A stretch of 64,000 bases of DNA from Eledone cirrhosa (lineage: Eukaryota). Positions 46,990 to 59,430 of the stretch are shown here, piece after piece. The notes below the pieces were generated by a model. That model had not been told where the DNA came from, ran no database searches, and was given only the letters and a program-made list of their open reading frames with translations. A program made the translations under genes and the position numbers. The stretch lies in NCBI GenBank assembly GCA_964016885.1, contig OZ024741.1, forward strand, positions 146,320,001 to 146,384,000, given 5' to 3'. The stretch's first letter is position 1. Each line of letters starts with the position of its first letter.

Positions 46990-48155
46990 AAAAATGTTAA
47001 GATAGGGGTTGGGATAGAGTTCAGAGTGTTTATAGAGAGAGTTCTGCTGGTCTGCCAGGGCAGAGGGGAGAGGGTCTGCCACATGCAGGATGGAAGTGAT
47101 CTGAGAGGGAGCTGTGGAGGTAGCATGTGTTTATGTGTGTATGTGTGTGTAGTAGGTATGAGGCAAAGGTGATAGTAGAGGCTGTTTGCAGAGGGGAGTG
47201 ACGGGTGTGTCTGTATTGGTGATATGGAGCGAAGGTAAATGGCCGGTGAGGTGGGGAGGGGATAGAGGCATTAGTGGAAGGTCTGTTAGTTAGTTAATGC
47301 TATTGATGGGGTAAACAGAGAGTCATAAGGGTGTGACAAGTAAACTGTTAGCGAGTGGGTGTGTTGTTAGAGAGGTGGAGCATGTGTTTGTGTGCATGTA
47401 TCTGTGTGTGTGCTACTCTTTTCTGATGTTTCTATGTATGTAAGAGTGTACGTTTGTGTGATGTTGGGTGAAAGTAGTGGTAGTCAGGGTGGTAGGTTGT
47501 TAGTGGTGTTGGGTGTTAGAGTGGTGAAGTGGGTTGAAAGAGTGGTGGAATGGGGAGGTAGAAAGGGGTTAGTGGTGGGGGTCCATTAGTTTATTAATTG
47601 GTGCAATGGTAGGGTGGTTGTAGTATGGTGGTAACTGGTATAGGTGTGTTGGTGTGTGGGGATTGGTGGTGGAGAAGAGGGCATGTAGGGATCTGTGAGA
47701 GAGGAGCTAAAGGAAGAGAGGTGGGAAATTTAGACCATTTCTGGTCCAGATCTGGAGAAAAAAAGTTGTGCACTGCTCATATCTAATGCGTCTATCCAGG
47801 GCTCCAGAGCACACATTAAGGCCACATATGGTGAGGTTGCAGGGGGATTGTCTGAAGCAGAAGTGTCGGGTGACAGGTGACTGGCTGCTGAGCTGTATGT
47901 CCTGGAAGTGCTCAGTGAATTGGTCCACCCAGTCCACCCAGTCTGACTGATGTAGGCAGCTCTACATAGCGTACAGTGGAGCCCATAGACAGGGCTGGAG
48001 GCGGTGCAAAGGAATAGTCCCAGACTTGGAAGGATTGGCCATTGGGCCCATGGAAGGTGATGGTGTTGTGGATAATGGCAAGTGTAGCAGCAGCGTCGGG
48101 TTCAGGGGAGGGATCTGAGGGAGGAATTGGAGAAGAAAGGGAACTGTGGACTCGG
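46990..48155 (-). mobile_element. Degenerate Penelope-like element (GIY-YIG remnant + CA-rich 3' region)
   Basis: Manual translation CTASSPVYGLHCTLCRAAYISQTG, then (frameshift) DQFTEHFQDI...PVTRHF...NGLN (47707-48075). Confidence 0.75.
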
Positions 48156-48178
48156 ATGTATATATGCATATATATATA

Positions 48179-48500
48179 TCATCATCATCATCATCCTCGT
48201 TTATAGTCCATCTTCCATGATAGCATGGGTTAGACGGTTTTGTTCCATTTGATGCGGGAATGGTCAGGAAACCATGTCTTCGTTGCACAGAAGCGTCTCT
48301 GGCAGGTTTTTTTTTTACAGCTGGATGCTCTTCCTAACACCAAGCATCTTTACAGTGTGGACTGGGAGCCTTTTCACCGTGTCTCCTACATGGCCACCTT
48401 ACAGGGTGGACTGTTGTGTCATCGACACAGTGGACAGAATGGGAGAGGTAGGGTTTGGCAGTGGGGTGTACATTGAGTTAAGAGGTGTCTACTGACTGTA
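48179..48500 (-). mobile_element. RTE 3'UTR fragment with (GAT)n tail
   Basis: Similar to 25201-25580. Confidence 0.75.
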
Positions 48501-49049
48501 GGTTTGTATGCAATGGCATATATATGCATATATATACATATGTATATACATACATATCATATATATATATATGTACATACATACATGCATATACATTTAT
48601 ATACATACATTTATATACATACACACACACATATATAAACACCCACACCCACACACATATATATATACACATATATATTAACATGCATTAATTAAAATAT
48701 AATATAATTAACAGTCTTTGGTCTTTTTCAGTGTAATATTTGCTCTATGTGTTTAAACATCTAAAATAAGGATTTCACGCAATTAGAACATTATCATCAT
48801 TTTTACATTAGGTTTTCCATGCTAGTATGGGCTGGTCAGTAGCTTTCAGAGTAGTTTACTGTAATAACTTCTTCACCTACCCTTATCTGTTTTCTTATTC
48901 GAAAACGATTTCTTGTAAACTATGTATATATGTATATTGAAACATCTGCAGATGTGAATAAAATTATTTCAAGTATCATCCTTGGTTTGTCACTTAATTT
49001 AAATTATATATAAATATATAAATATATATATATATATTTCTATATAAAT

Positions 49050-50640
49050 ATATTTCGACCGCCCCCCTCCCCCCACACTTATCCACCACTAACACACCCC
49101 TCCTTTTCACCGTCCACCCCACAACTAACAATACTAACACCTCCACTCCACTCCACCCCTCATCCGACCACCCTTCCCCAACTAACATACTAACATCCCT
49201 CCCTTCTTCTCCTCCTCCTCCCCTCCTTATCACACGCACACACCCACCGGCACATATATACACGCGCTCACACTAAACACACACCTACTACCACCACTAA
49301 CCCTCACCCCCACACCTCCATCCCACCACCCCGCAACTAACCTCACTAACACCCCCTGACCCCAAGTACACGAACACATGCACCCACTTACACCACCCAC
49401 CCCACACGCAACTAACATCACTAACACTCCCCAACCCCACGCACACGTACCCACACACCCCTGTACACCACCAACTCTACACATCCTACCACCACTAACC
49501 CCCACTCACACCTGCATTCAACCCTTCCCCACCTCCCATATACTAACACCCACTAACACCCCCTTCATCAAACTACACACACACCAGTACACCACACTCC
49601 CTCCATAGAACTACACACACCCTTCTCTCCCCGCTCCACCCACACCCTCGCTCCACACTCACTCATCCCACTAACACCTCTACTAATACACACACACACC
49701 CTCCTCACTCCAACTTTCACACCTACCCATCTTCGCCCCTTTACCATTCCACCGACTGCTGCTATGCCCACTGACCACCTCCCAGCACAAACAGACACAC
49801 AGCACTCCCACCGCTTGACCACTTCCTGTTGCGCGCGCACCCCACATCTCTCCTCTTCCGACAATCTCTTCATGGAATACTTGTATGCGGAACTGGACCA
49901 CCACAGAATCCACTAAACATCATAGGAACTTACCAACATTTCAACCATCCTCTTACGGAATCACCTATATAACTCACCCACACACACACCCCAAAACATT
50001 TTTTTCTCCCACACGCCACCTACACCTACAACACGCTTAAACCCCACACACACACGTGCTTTCCACCACATATTTACACCCTCAGCCTCCTGATTCCTCT
50101 CCCCCCACCCCTCTATCCACACACGCACATACACTCCGACCTACAACCCCCCCACACACACCTCTTCCTGAACATGCAACTCCGTTCTTCCCCCAACCCT
50201 TACTTTCACACACACACACACGTACACCTATACACACACACCACCTTCAGCCCTCCCCGCTCGGACACCCCGTCTCCCTCTCCCCACTCCACCCGCCACC
50301 GCCCCTACACACCCCACACCCTTCCACTACCTGTTTTACCCCTTTTTAATTTCAGTTTTTTTTATCATGCTTTTATATTTAATTTTATTTCATTCCTTGT
50401 ATTTTGATCATGCTTTATTTTTACTTTTATTTTTAATCTCATTCGCACCATTTCCTTTCACTATATGTCTCTCCACCACTCCCCTACACACCCTTTGAAC
50501 TCTGTTCCTACACACTTCTCACCTGAGGAAGGGCTTATGCCCGAAACGTCGTTCCCCACCACCACCCCACTCTCCAGAGCGTGAAATTAATAAACATTCG
50601 TTGTACTGCCTCTCTGTTTTGTTCCTGTTCAAATTTTTCC

Positions 50641-50642
<2 letters not shown>
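49050..50642 (+). mobile_element. C/A-rich non-coding element ending in a hammerhead-bearing PLE-type terminus, in (TA)n
   Basis: Strong C/A strand skew; hammerhead at 50521; AATAAA and T-rich end. Confidence 0.55.
50521..50552 (+). ncRNA. Minimal hammerhead ribozyme
   Basis: AC-CTGAGGA-A-GGGC ttat GCCC-GAAAC-GTC-GT; intact core, very short stem I. Confidence 0.7.
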
Positions 50643-50686
<44 letters not shown>

Positions 50687-50692
50687 TTAAAT

Positions 50693-50736
<44 letters not shown>

Positions 50737-50751
50737 TTAAATTATATATAA

Positions 50752-50783
<32 letters not shown>

Positions 50784-50838
50784 GATTTAAATTATATATA
50801 AATATATAAATATATATATATATATATATGATTTAAAT

Positions 50839-50872
<34 letters not shown>
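50643..50872. repeat. (TA)n-based minisatellite with GATTTAAATTATATATAAAT units
   Basis: Four units visible. Confidence 0.85.
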
Positions 50873-50873
<1 letters not shown>

Positions 50874-51721
50874 GCATACAGATACACTCACACATACACA
50901 CATATATATATATATATATTCTTCATATTGTGTTAAAAACTTCTGTACTCTGCTGCTTAGCCTTGAGCAAAATACATTACAGTTACTTTACTGTCCCTGT
51001 TCCTAGAAGAAGTGTTACTTAGCAACATTAGCACTGCTTTAATATCACTAATGTAAAATATATTGCTTGATAGGGAAATTATTTTTATATACGATAAAAA
51101 AAATTCTAGATTCGTATTAGTTTCACGCTGTAACATTTTTTTTACTAACTGAATTTGTAATTTCAACAATGTAAGACGGTTTCTGACATATTCATTCTCA
51201 ACATGGATCCCTTTATTTAAATGAATTTCCCCATAGACACAGTGCTACAATTACTCCCTTGCTATATTGTTATACAATGATAACAATAAGCAAAAGAGAG
51301 AAACTTTTATATTTAGACATGAAGTGATATTGAATAGTGTGCATACATTATGTTTTTAACAAAATACATGCCAATGTATACTCACAGACTTCCAGTTCTA
51401 CCCTTACAGACCCCCACCCCTGTTTTACTTTCAATTTGCAAACAAAACACAGCACTTGCCACTACCTTAACTTTTATCAATCATCTTTCCTTATGAGCAC
51501 CTGATGTTTCTGACCTCATCCCTATTGTCAGCAACTTTTTGAACTGCTCTTACATTACTATATTTCTCATAAAAGTCACTGCCTATGATTTTCAAATAAT
51601 TTTGAAAGTAATCAAGGGTTTGGATGGATTTAATAGTATAACTAACTTTCTCATTATTAAACTTGTGTTTGAAGCATAATTTATCAAATGTTCATATAAA
51701 ATTATGTTAGAAAGTTTTTAG

Positions 51722-52550
51722 ATAATCCATTCTCTGCCCCAAATGCAAACAATGGGTACACAAGAGATGTAGCGGGATCTCAGGAAGCTTAATTAAGAAT
51801 GTAGGCTTCACATGCAGCAGCTGTACTGGGACAGCAAGCAGCAAACAGCCACAGGAAACAAGTACCACCAATTTCTGGGAGGGCTCTGTAGAGACAGTAG
51901 ACAGCTTCTGCTACCTAGGTGACCGAATTAGCAGCGGAGGTGGGTGTTCAGAAAGTACAATAACTAGGGTAAGAATGGGATGGAAGAAGTTCAGGGTACT
52001 ACTGCCACTGCTAGCTGCAAAAGGCTTTTCCCTCAAAATAAAAGGCAGACTGTATGATGCGTGTATCCGAACATCAATGTTACATGGTAGTGAGACCTGG
52101 GCGCTGAAGGTGGAAGACTTGCGTAGATTAGAAAGAAACAAAGCCTGCATGCTCCGATGGATGTGTAATAGTAATATACGCGACCGACAAAGCATAATTG
52201 AATTGAGAGAGAGACTGAGCATAAGAGGAATCAAATGCTGTGTGCAGGAGAGGCGGTTGCGTTGGTATGGACATGTGATGCGTATGAATGATGACAGCTA
52301 CATAAAAAGGTGCAGAGCACTAGAAGTCGATGGAACCCGCGGAGTGGGGAGACCCAAGTTGACCTAGGATGAGGTGATAAAAGCCGACCTTACCCAATTA
52401 CACCTCTCCAAGGCGATGACACACAACCGTGACCTCTGGCGTCACGCAATAATACAGAGTACTCGACCTCCCATGGCTACAAGCTGAAGCATTTAGACAA
52501 TATAGCCCCACACCCTCCCACTGCAAGGTGGTCATGGAGGTGCCACGGCG
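51722..52550 (+). mobile_element. RTE LINE fragment
   Basis: ORF 51975..52367 GWKKFRVLLPLL...LHGSETW...RLRWYGHVMR. Confidence 0.9.
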
Positions 52551-52949
52551 GCAAGGCTGGTGACATCAACATTCTCATCACCATCCCTACTACCTCTATC
52601 CCTGTCATCATCATTACTGTCACCAAATATGGTGCAGTAATAATTTAACATGTTTTAAAATAAAATAAATTTCAGTTATCCTAAAGAAATATATACTAGA
52701 ACAAGAAGAACAAAATCATAAAATATATGAAATACATTTTGAAATATATTAAAATATGATACATATACATATATTAATATGGAGAAAATGTTTTACTGAA
52801 CTCTTTCATCTCCATATTTATGAAAGGCTCTATTATGTTCAAATCATTTAGTAAAATAACTAACTTTATTATGAATTATTTGGTGCTTAGGACATAACAA
52901 AACAAATGGCTTTGCATAAAATTATGATAGAAGGGTTTTAGATAAATAT

Positions 52950-53679
52950 GAGGATATACGCAGACTAGAGAGGAACGAAGCTTGCATGCTCCGCTGGATG
53001 TGTAACAGTAATATACGTGAACGGCAAAGCATAAACGAACTAAGGAAAAAATTAGAGATAAGAGGGATCAGATGTTGTTTACTCGAGAGAAGGCTACGTT
53101 GGTATGGACACGTGATGCGCATGAAAGTCGATAGCTGTATAACAAAGTGCAGGGCAATAAAGATAGACGGTAGCCACGGAATAGGCAGACCTAGAAAAAC
53201 CTGGGATGAGCTGATAAACTCCGACCTCACACACTTACACCTCTCCAAGACAATGTCACTGGACCGAGACCTTTGGCGGTACTCAGTAACAGAGAAGACC
53301 CGCCTTGCCAGTAGGCATCTCTAACAAAATACACCCCGTCCCACCACCACCACCCCCACCCCATCCACACCACCCCGTTCTATGTAAAGTTATGTTGGTG
53401 CCGCGCCATCCAGGCCGAAACAAATGAGATCGTGTAGGTGTCACGACAAAAAACACACAGTCCACGCTGTAATGTGGCCGTGTAGGCAACACGGTAAAAA
53501 CCTCCCAGACCCACACTGTAAATGTGGTTGGTGTTAGGAAGGGCATCCAACTGTAGAAAACCTGCCAGACAGTCCTATGCGAGCAAGACAATCACTCTTG
53601 CCTCAAGTGGGACTACCCCCATCCAAACCCATGCAAGCGTGGAACTCGGACGTTAAACGTTGATGATGATGATGATGAT
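52950..53679 (+). mobile_element. RTE LINE 3' end
   Basis: Near-identical to 25201-25963 (-); (GAT)n tail. Confidence 0.92.
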
Positions 53680-54565
53680 AATCATTTTAAAACAAAGAAT
53701 TGAGTAATCTAGAATGGAGTTGGCATGCACTCCATAAGCCATTGTGAAGGGAACTCATCTAGGGGAGTAGCATTGAATAAAAACTGATAAAGGGTAGCAA
53801 GGGCCCTTAAATCCTATTAGACAACCACCCTAGATATACAATAAAATGCACTCAGTCTATGCTGTAATGTGGTTGGTGATAGGAAGGGCATCCAGTAAGA
53901 AAAACCCTGCCACCAAATATGATGATGATCATTATCACCAGTCCAGCCCTTGTTAGTATGGAAACCAGATTCTAAATAATGTTGATGATGATGATGATAA
54001 ACATTTTAAAATAAATAGTTGTGTATCATAGAACTAGGAGTGGTTTCAAGTAGTTTATTATCAAAAGTGTTAAGATAGGAAAAAAATGTATAAACTTTGC
54101 AACAAACTGTTGTGTACAGTTAAAACTATATACAAAAATGCTTTCTTTTGTCTCAAATTTGTGATTCTAACTTTCGCACATAACACTGTTTGCTTTAATC
54201 TATGTGGCTGACTCCAGTTTCCACTGGAACTACATGTTCGAGCCTTTACCAGTGTGAAGTACATTCGGCAACAAAAAAAAATTTACTCCAACAAAACCAA
54301 TCACACTTACTTGAAATCAAAACAGTATTTAAAAGATTAATTTCTCACTAAAACTATATTTATATAATCTCTGGAACAAAGTCAACAAAATTCTTAGAGA
54401 CTCCAAACTACAAACCAATTTGAATATTTAAACATGATAAAATACTAGATGTATCCTTGCTTGCTCATATAGAATATGAATTCTACTGATGGGGCTTTTG
54501 TTCTTAAACTGCATGGATAATATCAGCTGATTGAATTTTTCACAGTTACTATATATATATATATA

Positions 54566-54766
54566 GTGGTAAAAATTGTAAGGTTATATCCGTAGTAAGT
54601 AGAGCACTGAGTCCAGAGGATGAGTTCAGCACATAGCTAGATCCACAACAAATTAGCAAATCATGCTGGAGGACATGCATTTCCCCGAATGAATCTTCAA
54701 CCTGTGTATGGCTGCAGCCATACACAGGTTGAAGATCCATTTGCTAATTTGTTGTGGAACTAACTA
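54566..54766. repeat. Nested fold-back insert in (TA)n (44-bp perfect palindrome, 28-bp outer arms)
   Basis: 54693-54736 perfect palindrome; 54634-54661 vs 54739-54766 inverted. Confidence 0.8.
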
Positions 54767-54913
54767 TATATATACATAGGAAAAGAGTCAGGATCCTAAT
54801 GGCTGAGATCCGGCCATTTCAACAGCTAGATCCGGACTGAGTACTCTGGTGTACTCTGGTGCATTATGGTCCACCTGTTATCTTACCGCACCCTCTTTGT
54901 CATATATATATAT

Positions 54914-55254
54914 ATGGAGGCACATGGCTTAGTGGTTAGAGCATTGGGCTTGCAAATCGAAAGGTTGTGAGTTCAATTCTCAGACCGGGTGATGTGTTGT
55001 TTCCTTGAGCAAGACACTTTATTTCACATTGCTCCAGTTTACTCAGCTGTAGAAATGAGATGATAGGGACCCCAGTCCCTATCATTCCACTGCAAAGTGG
55101 TCGTGGAGGTGCCACGGCAAAAAAGCACCCAGCACTCACTGTAAATGAGGTTGGTGTTAGGAAGGGCATCCAGCTGTAGAAATCAAGCCAGAATCAGTTC
55201 CCATCCCACCCTTGCAAGCAGGGAAAAAGTGGACGTAAAATGAAATGATGATGA
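54914..55254 (+). mobile_element. Meta-like/RTE-tailed SINE
   Basis: Near-identical to 27382-27731. Confidence 0.92.
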
Positions 55255-55759
55255 TATATATATATACACACACACACATAAGTATGTATGTATACACAAA
55301 CATCATGAAGAATGCTCCCCCGAGTTATGTTTACCTATATTCAATGTTCACACAAGAATGCATTTGCAGGTGCATGCACACACATAAACACATATACAAA
55401 TGCACAGGCATAAACCCACACACCTGTGTGTGAGTGTTGAACCTCCAATGGTTCTAATGACAAATGTTCCAATTTTTCGAACAATGGAACAACTTGACTG
55501 TAAAATTAATGTGTAAATGGTTAAGCATTTTAGAGACAGAGGCACCCTCAACATAAGTTCTCAGGGAGATTGAGCTCTTGACACAGTATAGAGGTACAGC
55601 TCATTTTCTTTTCAGGTGAGTGGACTGGAGCAATGTGAAATAACATGTCTTTCTCATAGACACATGCCACTGGAAATTGAACTAACACCCTATGATCTTG
55701 AGCCAAATATGCTATGCTAACCACTTAGTCATATGCCTTTGCGCACATATATAAGTGTT

Positions 55760-56474
55760 TGTACTATAATGGCGGCAAAGATTTGAAACCGAATCTGAGC
55801 TTTCCCGCCTCTGGGACAAGCCGTGGTAACTTGTTTACGCTCAAGAGACTAACCCCTTGGAAGAGGCTAAACACAGGTCAGAGGTGTTTACGCCTGACAG
55901 AAAATAGGTCAGAGGATATATCCATCTTTCTGACTTGTTTACGCTTGGCAAACTAATTAATCCCTTGGGAGACTCTAACCAAAGTTCAGAGGATATATCT
56001 ATCCTTCTAACTTCAACTCTTATAAATACAGGGGTTGTTTACGCCCCGACAGAAAAGAAGTGATATACAGACAAGACAAGTCACATTTACAAGCTCTCGT
56101 CACGAAAAACCAGTCTGCCACTTATTCTCACCTTCATGGCTGATCGCTGACTCCTGCAATACAAACAAATATACTGATACGCACACACGCATTCATAGTG
56201 AGTTCAGTATTTTTACATGTACCATTTCTGTTTCCACATATTGTACCTTTCTGATACAGTACAAATTATATTATAATCGTATTCTGTGATACTTGAATTT
56301 ACGTGGCTCGAAGAGTCACCAAATTATTGTATGAATATTTTGTGTTATTGATTTTATCATTCAATATTCAAATTGAATATTGTTATAATAAAATAAACTT
56401 TGTAACAACACAATCCTGGTATTTTACATCGAAACCACCATACCAACAGTTACATCCATCCACTTATCGTTACA
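55760..56474 (+). mobile_element. Probable solo LTR
   Basis: TGTA...TACA ends with imperfect TIR, TATAAATA ~56021, AATAAA ~56392, internal repeats; no TSD found. Confidence 0.5.
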
Positions 56475-57281
56475 ACCACACATAATATTCCGTTACAGTA
56501 CATATACATATCTATATTTATATAGCGTCAAACCACACTCATACGTAAACATAAACATATATACATATATTGTAAATCCACCTGATAATGCATTAAAGCA
56601 ATTTTCGTTGCAGCTCGTAAAATCCTGAAAGTGTTTCCATGTCAAGATATTCATTCCAAAGAAATACCTTTTATTTCCTACCATGACACTATCCATTTAC
56701 ATAACCGTTTCCTCTTAAGCCAAGGCATTTTAACTTTCTACTCAAAATATGCAAACCTTATCTTAATTATTTTCAATATATTTATGGTGTAAGCTGTTGT
56801 AAGTCATAACATTTTTCTTTTACTTATTCTAGCATTAGCTTAGGTTATAAGTGGGTTTTACTTTCAGTCTACTGACAGTGTCTTTAGATCAGGTTATAAG
56901 TGGGTTTTACTTTCAGTCTACTGACTATGTCTTACATATTTAACTGCATTAGAAAGATTAAAAATACAAAATATACCACAGAAAGATTCATGTTAGCAAA
57001 CAAGAAGCATGAAACCAAACAAGAAGCATGAAACCAGTAGTGGTAGTTTGTCTGTAGCTCCTGTTTAAAATATCTTCAATGCTCTATCCCTTTATAATGG
57101 AATACACTGACTAGGTGTATTTTGAAAATTTGAAAATATTAATGAAATAACTAATCTTTTCAATAGTAAGCTGATATTTGAATCATTACTTTAAGAAATT
57201 TCTAAAATAAAATTGAAATTAAAAGTAATGTTTGACACATCATCTTATTAATGAAACTGTCATTATCCATATACATCACAT

Positions 57282-57659
57282 ATGGAGGCACATGGCTTAG
57301 TGGTTAGAGCATTGGCCATGGAGGCACATGGCTTAGTGGTTAGAGCATTGGCCTTGCAATCGAAAGGTTGTGAGTTCAATTCTCAGACCGGGTGATGTGT
57401 TGTTTCCTTGAGCAAGACACTTTATTTCACATTGCTCCAGTTTACTCAGCTGTAGAAATGAGATGATAGGGACCCCAGTCCCTATCATTCCACTGCAAAG
57501 TGGTCGTGGAGGTGCCACGGCAAAAAGCACCCAGCACTCACTGTAAATGAGGTTGGTGTTAGGAAGGGCATCCAGCTGTAGAAATCAAGCCAGAATCAGT
57601 TCCCGTCCGACCTTTGCAAGCAGGGAAAAGCGGACGTAAAATGAAATGATGATGATGAT
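57282..57659 (+). mobile_element. Meta-like/RTE-tailed SINE with tandem duplication of its first ~37 bp
   Basis: ATGGAGGCACATGGCTTAGTGGTTAGAGCATTGGCC occurs twice. Confidence 0.9.
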
Positions 57660-58751
57660 CACATGTTCACACCAGCAGAGTTTTCTCAGGGAGTACTTTA
57701 TCAGAGCCACTGTCTGCCTAGATGGGTTGACGAACCTTGTTCACGCTAATACTTTACATTTTTGTCACAATTTCTATGACTGGGTGCCCTTCTAATGCCA
57801 TCCACTTTACAGAGTGTACTGGATACATTGCTCTTATTGTGAAGTACTAGTAGAATTTAAACTCCGAACTAAGAGAAAAAAGCTAAATATTTTGTGGCAA
57901 TTCCTGCAGCATATTTCTGTCATATTCCATCACCACCACAACCACACCACTAAGGTGACAAATAGGCAATGTAATTAGAGCACTGGCTGGAATATCTCAT
58001 TGCAATTGCTCTGGCTCTCTGCTTCTTGAATTCAAATCCCACTGAACACAACTTTGCTTTTCTCTCTCTCTTTCTGGGTCAATAAAATATAGTACCAGTG
58101 CATGGCTATGAATTGGCAATATTATTAGTGCATTAGCATCTGTTCTAGCACTTTACATTCTGAGTTTAAATTCCACCTAGAGATTTAAAACTTGCTGATG
58201 ACCAAGGCTAATCACCTCACCACATAACCACAACTGATTATGACAGCTGCATTGAGTGGAGGAGAATAGTAGCCATCTGCTATTGCAGTTGAATGAAAGG
58301 AGGAACCTGGTGTAAAGATAGCTCTAGTGGGTTTTGAACTTAGAACAAACAGGGAACTAAAAGCTCTTACTGCATCTGTCATATTCCCCACCACCTAGAT
58401 CTCCTTATAATATATAACCAGCAATTTCTCTGTCTGTCTGTCCGACAGTGGAAACACGTGCGCGTGTGGTTGCTATCTCTCTCTCTCTCTCCAGCTATCC
58501 CTCTCTCTCTCTCCAGCTATCCCTCTCTCTCTCTCCAGCTATCCCTCTCTCCCTCTCCAGCTATCCCTCTCTTTTAGTCTGTCTGTTTCTCTCACTCTCA
58601 CTCTTTCTCTTTGTAACACACTAACATTCCTCCCCTCTATCGCTGTGACGAATGGGGAGATGGAGGAGGAGGAGGAGGAGAGAGTCACTTCGGCACTTCA
58701 CCTCTGCCTTTCTTTCTCTCCCCTCTCACTCCCTCATTACGTACAGACATT

Positions 58752-58932
58752 AGGGTGGTGGATTGGCAGAATCTGTAGAGTGTCGGACACCATGGAGTTA
58801 CGTCCCTTTACGGTCTGAATTCAAATACCGCCGAGGTTAACTTTGCCTTTCATCCTCACGGGGTCGATAAAATAAAGTACCAGTAATGTACTGAGTAATT
58901 GCTGGCCTTGTGCCAAAAGTAGAAACAATTAT
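58752..58932 (+). mobile_element. Nin-domain SINE
   Basis: GGTGGATTGGCAG...GGCCTTGTGCCAAAAGTAGAAACAATTATT. Confidence 0.88.
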
Positions 58933-59049
58933 TAGAAACATTGCTTCATTTTTACATATCTAAGCATTAGTAAAATAACTAATAATTTCAAAAGTAATTT
59001 TTCAATTCCAATTGTTATGAACAGCAAAACATTAATAATAATTTTGTTC

Positions 59050-59373
59050 TAAGAAATATATATACATTTCTGTGTGTGTAATATATACACACACAGAAAT
59101 ATATATACATTTCTGTGTGTGTAATATAAATATATATACACACACAGAAATATATATACATTTCTGTGTGTGTAATATATATATATACACACACAGAAAT
59201 ATATATACATTTCTGTGTGTGTAATATAAATATATATACACACACAGAAATATATATACATTTCTGTGTGTGTAATATAAATATATATACACACACAGAA
59301 ATATATATACATTTCTGTGTGTGTAATATATATATATATACACACAGAAATATATATACATTTCTGTGTGTGT

Positions 59374-59421
<48 letters not shown>

Positions 59422-59430
59422 GAAATATAT
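59050..59430. repeat. Palindromic ~46-52-bp minisatellite
   Basis: Unit ACACACACAGAAAT-ATATATAC-ATTTCTGTGTGTGT-AATAT..; second array at 60440-60660. Confidence 0.9.

Noticed and set aside
56841-57036. Short tandem duplications (~35 bp x2 and 19 bp x2)
   Set aside because: Ordinary local slippage with no further structure.
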